DNA of 64,000 bases from Gemmatimonadota bacterium. GTDB taxonomy: Bacteria; Gemmatimonadota; Gemmatimonadetes; Longimicrobiales; Gaopeijiaceae. A program made the position numbers and the translations under genes. Below, in pieces: positions 59,262 through 64,000 of the stretch. Under the pieces are notes generated by a model. That model was not told the origin of the DNA. It saw only the letters and a program-made list of their open reading frames with translations, and did no database searches. The stretch is taken from NCBI GenBank assembly GCA_034521595.1, contig JAXHMG010000003.1, positions 768,001-832,000 of the forward strand, written 5' to 3'. Position 1 is the stretch's first letter. Every line of letters begins with the position of its first letter.

Positions 59262-60437
59262 ATGATCCGAATCAAGTGGCCGATCGCCCTCGCGACCCTC
59301 TTCGTCCTGCTGTTGGGGTGGTATCTCGTATACACGCAGCAGATCGTGGAGCAGGTGCGTGGCAACGCGGCCCACCTTTCTCGGATCTTCGCGGAGGTAC
59401 AGGAAGGTCTCGTCACGCAGGGGAACGAGACCCAGGTCCTATTCAACCTGCAGGGCATCGTGCGGGACGCCGGAGTCCCGCTCGTCGTGATGGGCCCGGG
59501 GGATACCGTGCTCGCTCACGAGAACCTTCCGTTTTCGGTGGACACGGACACGCCGGACGGGCAAGAGCGGGTTCGCACCTACGTCCGTCGGCTAGACGCG
59601 GAACACCCGCCGATCGGCGATCCCGAGCTCATGCACATCCACTTCGGAGATACCCCGGAGGTCCGACGGCTTCGCTGGATACCGTGGCTCCAGGCCAGTG
59701 GGCTCTTCCTCACCGTCCTCGTCGGGTTCGTCGTGGTGCGGTACCAGCGTCGGGCCGAGAGTGAGAAGGCGTGGACGGCCATGGCGCGAGAGCTCGCGCA
59801 CCAGCTCGGCACGCCCTTGTCCTCGCTGCAGGGATGGTTGGAAGTTTTGGGGCTGCCACCGCAGAAGCGTCCCGCAGGGTTGGACGACGTCAACGTGGCG
59901 GACGCGATTGCCGAGGACGTCGAACGGCTCGAGCGGATCAGCCACCGTTTCGAGCTGATCGGACGCGAACCCGAGCTGCAAAGCCTGTCGGTGCGCACCG
60001 TCGTCGACGACCTGGAGCAGTACCTCGCCCTCCGGATTCCGCGGCTCTCCCGAAAAGGGGTGGAGCTGCTCGTCGACGTGCCGCCCGAGCTTCCGCCGGT
60101 GATGGGGAATCAGGTGCTGTTGGTATGGGCGTTGGAGAATGTGGTGAAGAACGCGCTGGACGCCCTGGCGGGCCGAGGAGGGACGATCACGATCAATGCC
60201 AGAGAGGTCGGAGAAGAGTGGGTGAGCTTGAGAATCCGCGACACGGGGCCGGGGGTCGACCCGGCCGTGCGGGACAAGATCTTCGAGCCCGGTGTGAGCT
60301 CGAAACCGGGTGGATGGGGGGTGGGCCTGGCCCTGTCCCGACGGATCGTCGAGCGAGTTCACGACGGGCGTATCGAGCTGCTCGAAGGCACGGAAGGGAC
60401 CACGTTCCAGATTCGCCTTCCCGTCGCCGATGGCTGA
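59262..60437 (+). CDS. Two-TM sensor histidine kinase
   Basis: AMARELAHQLGTPLSSL, ENVVKNALDA, DTGPG, FEPG.SSK..GWGVGL. Confidence 0.92.
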   Translation: MIRIKWPIALATLFVLLLGWYLVYTQQIVEQVRGNAAHLSRIFAEVQEGLVTQGNETQVLFNLQGIVRDAGVPLVVMGPGDTVLAHENLPFSVDTDTPDGQERVRTYVRRLDAEHPPIGDPELMHIHFGDTPEVRRLRWIPWLQASGLFLTVLVGFVVVRYQRRAESEKAWTAMARELAHQLGTPLSSLQGWLEVLGLPPQKRPAGLDDVNVADAIAEDVERLERISHRFELIGREPELQSLSVRTVVDDLEQYLALRIPRLSRKGVELLVDVPPELPPVMGNQVLLVWALENVVKNALDALAGRGGTITINAREVGEEWVSLRIRDTGPGVDPAVRDKIFEPGVSSKPGGWGVGLALSRRIVERVHDGRIELLEGTEGTTFQIRLPVADG

Positions 60438-62700
60438 GGCGGCCGTGAGCGGACATCTCGAAGGCCTCAATCCGGAGCAGCTGCGGGCGACCGAGCACGT
60501 GGAGGGCCCCCTGCTGGTTCTGGCCGGAGCCGGGTCGGGCAAGACTCGTGTGCTCACCGCCCGGATCTGCCATCTCATCCACGAGCACGGTGTGCCCGCC
60601 GACCGCGTTCTCGCCGTGACTTTCACGAACAAGGCGGCCGCCGAGATGCGGGAGCGCATCGGTGGGTTGCTGGGCAGGGAGCCCTCGGGCATGTGGGTCG
60701 GAACGTTCCACGCCCTCGGCGCGCGGCTCCTCCGTCGTCACGGAGACCGTCTGGGATGGGACCGGACCTTCAGCATCTTCGATGCGGACCAGTCGCTCCG
60801 GCTCGTCAAGAGTGTCCAGGAGGCGGTCGGGCTCGATCCCAAGCGATGGAACCCGAAGGCCATTCGGTCGGAGATGAGCAACGCGAAGAACCAGCTCGTC
60901 GATGCGGCACGCTTCGCCATGGACAACGAGGAGTCTTTCGACCTCTTCGCGCGGACCGTCGCGAAGGTTTACCCGGAGTACCAGAAGACGCTGGAGCACC
61001 AGAACGCCTTCGACTTCGACGACCTGCTCATGAAGCCGGTGCAGCTCTTCGAGCAGGTGCCTGAGCTCCTCGAGCGATATCAAGAGCGCTTCCAGTTCAT
61101 TCTCGTCGACGAGTACCAGGACACCAACCGTGCCCAGTACCGGTTCGTGGAGCTGCTCGCGGCGCGCCACCGGAACGTGATGGTCGTGGGGGACGACGAT
61201 CAGTCGATCTACCGATGGCGGGGTGCCGACATTCGCAACATTCTCGACTTCGAGGAGGGCTTCCCGGGAGCTCAGGTGGTGCGCCTCGAGCGCAACTACC
61301 GTTCCACGCAGGCGATCCTCGACGCGGCGAACCAGGTGATCTCCGAGAATGTCGACCGCAAGGGCAAGACGCTCACCACGGAACGCGCCGGCGGTGAGCC
61401 GATCACCGTTTCCGAGACACTCGACGAGCGGGACGAAGCCCGGTGGATCGTCGGGGACCTGGAGCAACGCATCCGGGACAATTCCACGTGGACGTACCGG
61501 TCCTGCGCGATTCTCTACCGCACCAACGCTCAGGCGCGTGCGCTCGAGGACGCGTTCCGCCGCGCAGGGGTGACGTACCAGGTGGTCGGGAGCGTGCGCT
61601 TCTACGAGCGTCGGGAGATCCAGGACGTCCTGGGGTATCTGCGTCTCATCTCCAACCCCAGGGACGAGGTCGCATTCGACCGCGTGGTGAACTATCCCAG
61701 GCGTGGAATCGGCTTGACTTCGCTCGAGCACCTCAGACGCTGGGCCACGGCGAACGGAGCCACATTGCTCGAGGCGGCGGAACGGGCCGACGAGGTGCCC
61801 GAGATCCGTGCCGCGGCCACCGGCTCGCTCGTGCGCTTCGCGCAGCTCGTGCGTGAGTTCAGCGTCCGGGCCACTCAGGTGGGCGTCGGAGCGCTTCTCG
61901 AGGAGCTTGTCGAGCGCCTCGACCTGCTGCGTCATCTGCACGACGAAGGTCCGGAGGGTGAGGACCGAGCGCGCAACGTGGCGGAGTTGATCGCGGGCGC
62001 GGTGGATTTCGATGCGGGTGCGGAGACCGCGGTCGACCTCGACGACGCGGACCGCTTCACGGAGCTCGACCTCTACTTGCAGCAGGTCGCGCTCGTGGCC
62101 GACGTCGACCGTCTCGACCCGGATGCGGACACGGTGACTCTGATGACGCTCCACAACGCGAAGGGCCTGGAGTTTCCCCTCGTGTATATCGCGGGGATGG
62201 AGGAAGGCTTGTTCCCCTTGGGGCGGGCCTACGACGATCCCGCCGCGCTCGAAGAGGAACGGCGCTTGTTCTACGTCGGCATCACCCGCGCCGAGGATAA
62301 GCTGTCGCTCACCTGGGCTCGACAACGGCGTCGTGCCGGGGACTTCACTCACAACACACGGTCATCCTTCGTCGACGCGGTGCCCGAGCACCTCGTCGAG
62401 GAGCGTCGCAGCGACCGGCTCCGCACGCGCTCGCGAAGCGACGCCGGGAGCGGTCGCGCCACTCCGAGGCCGTCGGCCCGGAGCGAGGCGGCGTCCGAGT
62501 CGGACCCGGACCTCTCACTCAACCAGGACCTTCCGCGGTTCACGCAGGGCGAGCGGGTGGTCCACCCGACGTTCGGCTCGGGCGCGGTGGTCGAGGTTAC
62601 CGGATTCGGGCGGGACTTGAAGGTGACGGTCGATTTCGACGACGCGGGTCGCAAGAAGCTCTTGGCCCGCTACGCATCTCTGGAGAAGGACTGGATATGA
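60430..62700 (+). CDS. pcrA: UvrD/PcrA SF1 DNA helicase
   Basis: LAGAGSGKT, TFTNKAA, VDEYQDTN, GDDDQSIY, NYRST, TLHNAKGLEF, EERRLFYVGITRA, C-terminal Tudor-like domain. Confidence 0.94.
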   Translation: MAEAAVSGHLEGLNPEQLRATEHVEGPLLVLAGAGSGKTRVLTARICHLIHEHGVPADRVLAVTFTNKAAAEMRERIGGLLGREPSGMWVGTFHALGARLLRRHGDRLGWDRTFSIFDADQSLRLVKSVQEAVGLDPKRWNPKAIRSEMSNAKNQLVDAARFAMDNEESFDLFARTVAKVYPEYQKTLEHQNAFDFDDLLMKPVQLFEQVPELLERYQERFQFILVDEYQDTNRAQYRFVELLAARHRNVMVVGDDDQSIYRWRGADIRNILDFEEGFPGAQVVRLERNYRSTQAILDAANQVISENVDRKGKTLTTERAGGEPITVSETLDERDEARWIVGDLEQRIRDNSTWTYRSCAILYRTNAQARALEDAFRRAGVTYQVVGSVRFYERREIQDVLGYLRLISNPRDEVAFDRVVNYPRRGIGLTSLEHLRRWATANGATLLEAAERADEVPEIRAAATGSLVRFAQLVREFSVRATQVGVGALLEELVERLDLLRHLHDEGPEGEDRARNVAELIAGAVDFDAGAETAVDLDDADRFTELDLYLQQVALVADVDRLDPDADTVTLMTLHNAKGLEFPLVYIAGMEEGLFPLGRAYDDPAALEEERRLFYVGITRAEDKLSLTWARQRRRAGDFTHNTRSSFVDAVPEHLVEERRSDRLRTRSRSDAGSGRATPRPSARSEAASESDPDLSLNQDLPRFTQGERVVHPTFGSGAVVEVTGFGRDLKVTVDFDDAGRKKLLARYASLEKDWI

Positions 62701-63017
62701 GCGTGGCACGAGAAGAAGTGCTCCGGATCGCCGCGTTGGCTCGGTTACGCCTGGAAGACGATGCCCTCGAGCGCATGACGGTCGACTTGAACTCGATTCT
62801 GGAGCACGTGAGCGTGCTCGAAACGTTGGACGAGGCATCGGTCGCGACCGAAGGCGAGCCCGAGCCCGAGCCCGTTGCGTCGACCCGTGCCGGCGAGGGA
62901 ACGGACGAAGGTGAGCCGAAGCTGGACCCGGCGACGTTCGCACCCGCGTGGCAGGACGGCTTCTTCGTGGTACCGCCCCCTCCCGGCGTCGTGCGCGCGG
63001 AAGGAGACGGTTCATGA
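62697..63017 (+). CDS. gatC: Asp/Glu-tRNA amidotransferase subunit C
   Basis: [15 protein letters not shown]...GFFVVP; coupled to gatA by ATGA overlap. Confidence 0.9.
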   Translation: MSVAREEVLRIAALARLRLEDDALERMTVDLNSILEHVSVLETLDEASVATEGEPEPEPVASTRAGEGTDEGEPKLDPATFAPAWQDGFFVVPPPPGVVRAEGDGS

Positions 63018-64000
63018 CCGTTGCCACGGCGCTCGATCGGATCAGGGAAGCAGAGGACGGACCCGAGGGCCTGAACGCCTTCATCTCACTCGCGGAGCGC
63101 CCCGAGCCTTCCGGCGACGGGCGTACCGGACCGCTGGACGGTGTCCCCGTCGCGGTGAAGGACAACATCGCGACGCTCGGGCTGCCGACGACCTGTGGAT
63201 CACGGCTGCTCGAAGGGTATCGCTCCCCGTTCGAGGCTACCGCGGTGCGCAAGCTGCGGGACGCCGGCGCCCTGATCGTCGGCAAGACCAATCTCGACGA
63301 ATTCGCGATGGGATCGTCCACCGAGAACTCGGCCTACGGGCCGACGCTGAACCCCCACGACCGCACGCGGGTGACCGGGGGAAGCTCCGGGGGCTCGGCG
63401 GCCGCGGTAGCCGCCGGATACGTGCCGATGGCGCTCGGCTCGGAGACGGGCGGGTCGGTGAGGCAACCGGCTGCGTTCTGTGGCGTCGTGGGACTCAAGC
63501 CGACCTATGGGCGAGTGAGCCGGTACGGCTTGGTCGCATTCGCGTCTTCGATGGATCAGATCGGGGCGTTCGGGCACACCGTGGCCGACGCGGCGCGCCT
63601 CCTGGACGTCATCCAGGGACACGACCCGCTGGACGGCACTTCGGTCGACGCGGAGCCGGCGAGGCTGGCCGACGCGGTGGAGCGGGGCGTCGAAGGGTTG
63701 GTGATCGGGGTCCCGAGCGAATATCTGAGCGACGCCCTGGCTCCCGGTGTCCGTGGCCTCGTGGACGAGGCCCTCGACCGACTCGCAGGCAAGGGGGCGG
63801 AGCTTCGCGAGATCTCGCTTCCTCACACTCGCTTCGCGATCTCCACCTACTACGTCATCGCACCGGCGGAGGCTTCGAGCAACCTGTCGCGCTTCGACGG
63901 GGTGCGTTACGGGAGGCGCCACGAGGGAGTCGATATCGCGGCCATGTACGAAGAGACGCGCACCCGGGGCTTCGGCCGTGAGGTGCAGCGCCGCATCATG
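63014..64000 (+). CDS. gatA: Asp/Glu-tRNA amidotransferase subunit A (3' truncated by window; not in ORF track)
   Basis: Translated manually from ATG 63014: [67 protein letters not shown]. Confidence 0.93.
   Translation, partial: MTVATALDRIREAEDGPEGLNAFISLAERPEPSGDGRTGPLDGVPVAVKDNIATLGLPTTCGSRLLEGYRSPFEATAVRKLRDAGALIVGKTNLDEFAMGSSTENSAYGPTLNPHDRTRVTGGSSGGSAAAVAAGYVPMALGSETGGSVRQPAAFCGVVGLKPTYGRVSRYGLVAFASSMDQIGAFGHTVADAARLLDVIQGHDPLDGTSVDAEPARLADAVERGVEGLVIGVPSEYLSDALAPGVRGLVDEALDRLAGKGAELREISLPHTRFAISTYYVIAPAEASSNLSRFDGVRYGRRHEGVDIAAMYEETRTRGFGREVQRRIM

Noticed and set aside
60193-62352. 719-aa minus-strand ORF
   Set aside because: Antisense shadow of pcrA; no recognisable motifs; expected in GC-rich DNA with strong codon bias.
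62875-63981. 368-aa plus-strand ORF in the supplied track
   Set aside because: Wrong frame; the real gene is gatA from ATG 63014, which runs off the window.

Overview
GC-rich bacterial core-genome segment with about 58 CDS and one ncRNA. I found no IS, integrase, prophage, CRISPR array, tRNA or rRNA. Gene content and order (recR-hypothetical-mglA-pgsA-cinA, short EF-Ts, BshB1, split PntA) suggest Gemmatimonadota, but this is inference. Contents in order: a K+-dependent, probably Na+-pumping pyrophosphatase; an M20 hydrolase; the rpsF/rpsR-DUF2232-rplI-rsfS cluster; smc; aroF; yraN; SRP RNA-dnaX-ybaB-recR; mglA; pgsA-cinA; grpE-dnaJ; iscS-mnmA; a TolC/MFP/two-permease cluster ending in bshB1; a very large membrane histidine kinase; an aromatic amino-acid decarboxylase; pntAAB; comM; an NtrC/NtrX-type regulator; lepB; a sigma-70 factor; rplM-rpsI-rpsB-tsf-pyrH-frr-cdsA-dxr-rseP; serS; pcrA; gatCA. 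The most striking observation is that ribosomal proteins bS6 and bS18 are encoded as one uninterrupted 206-aa ORF joined by an acidic linker, behind a structured leader. Other oddities: an SRP RNA with a CCGCA pentaloop instead of GNRA; MglA with no adjacent MglB; a MacAB-TolC-like cluster with no ATPase and mutually exclusive leader hairpins; a perfect 5x9-nt repeat at the start of rpsB; and no uppS between frr and cdsA.
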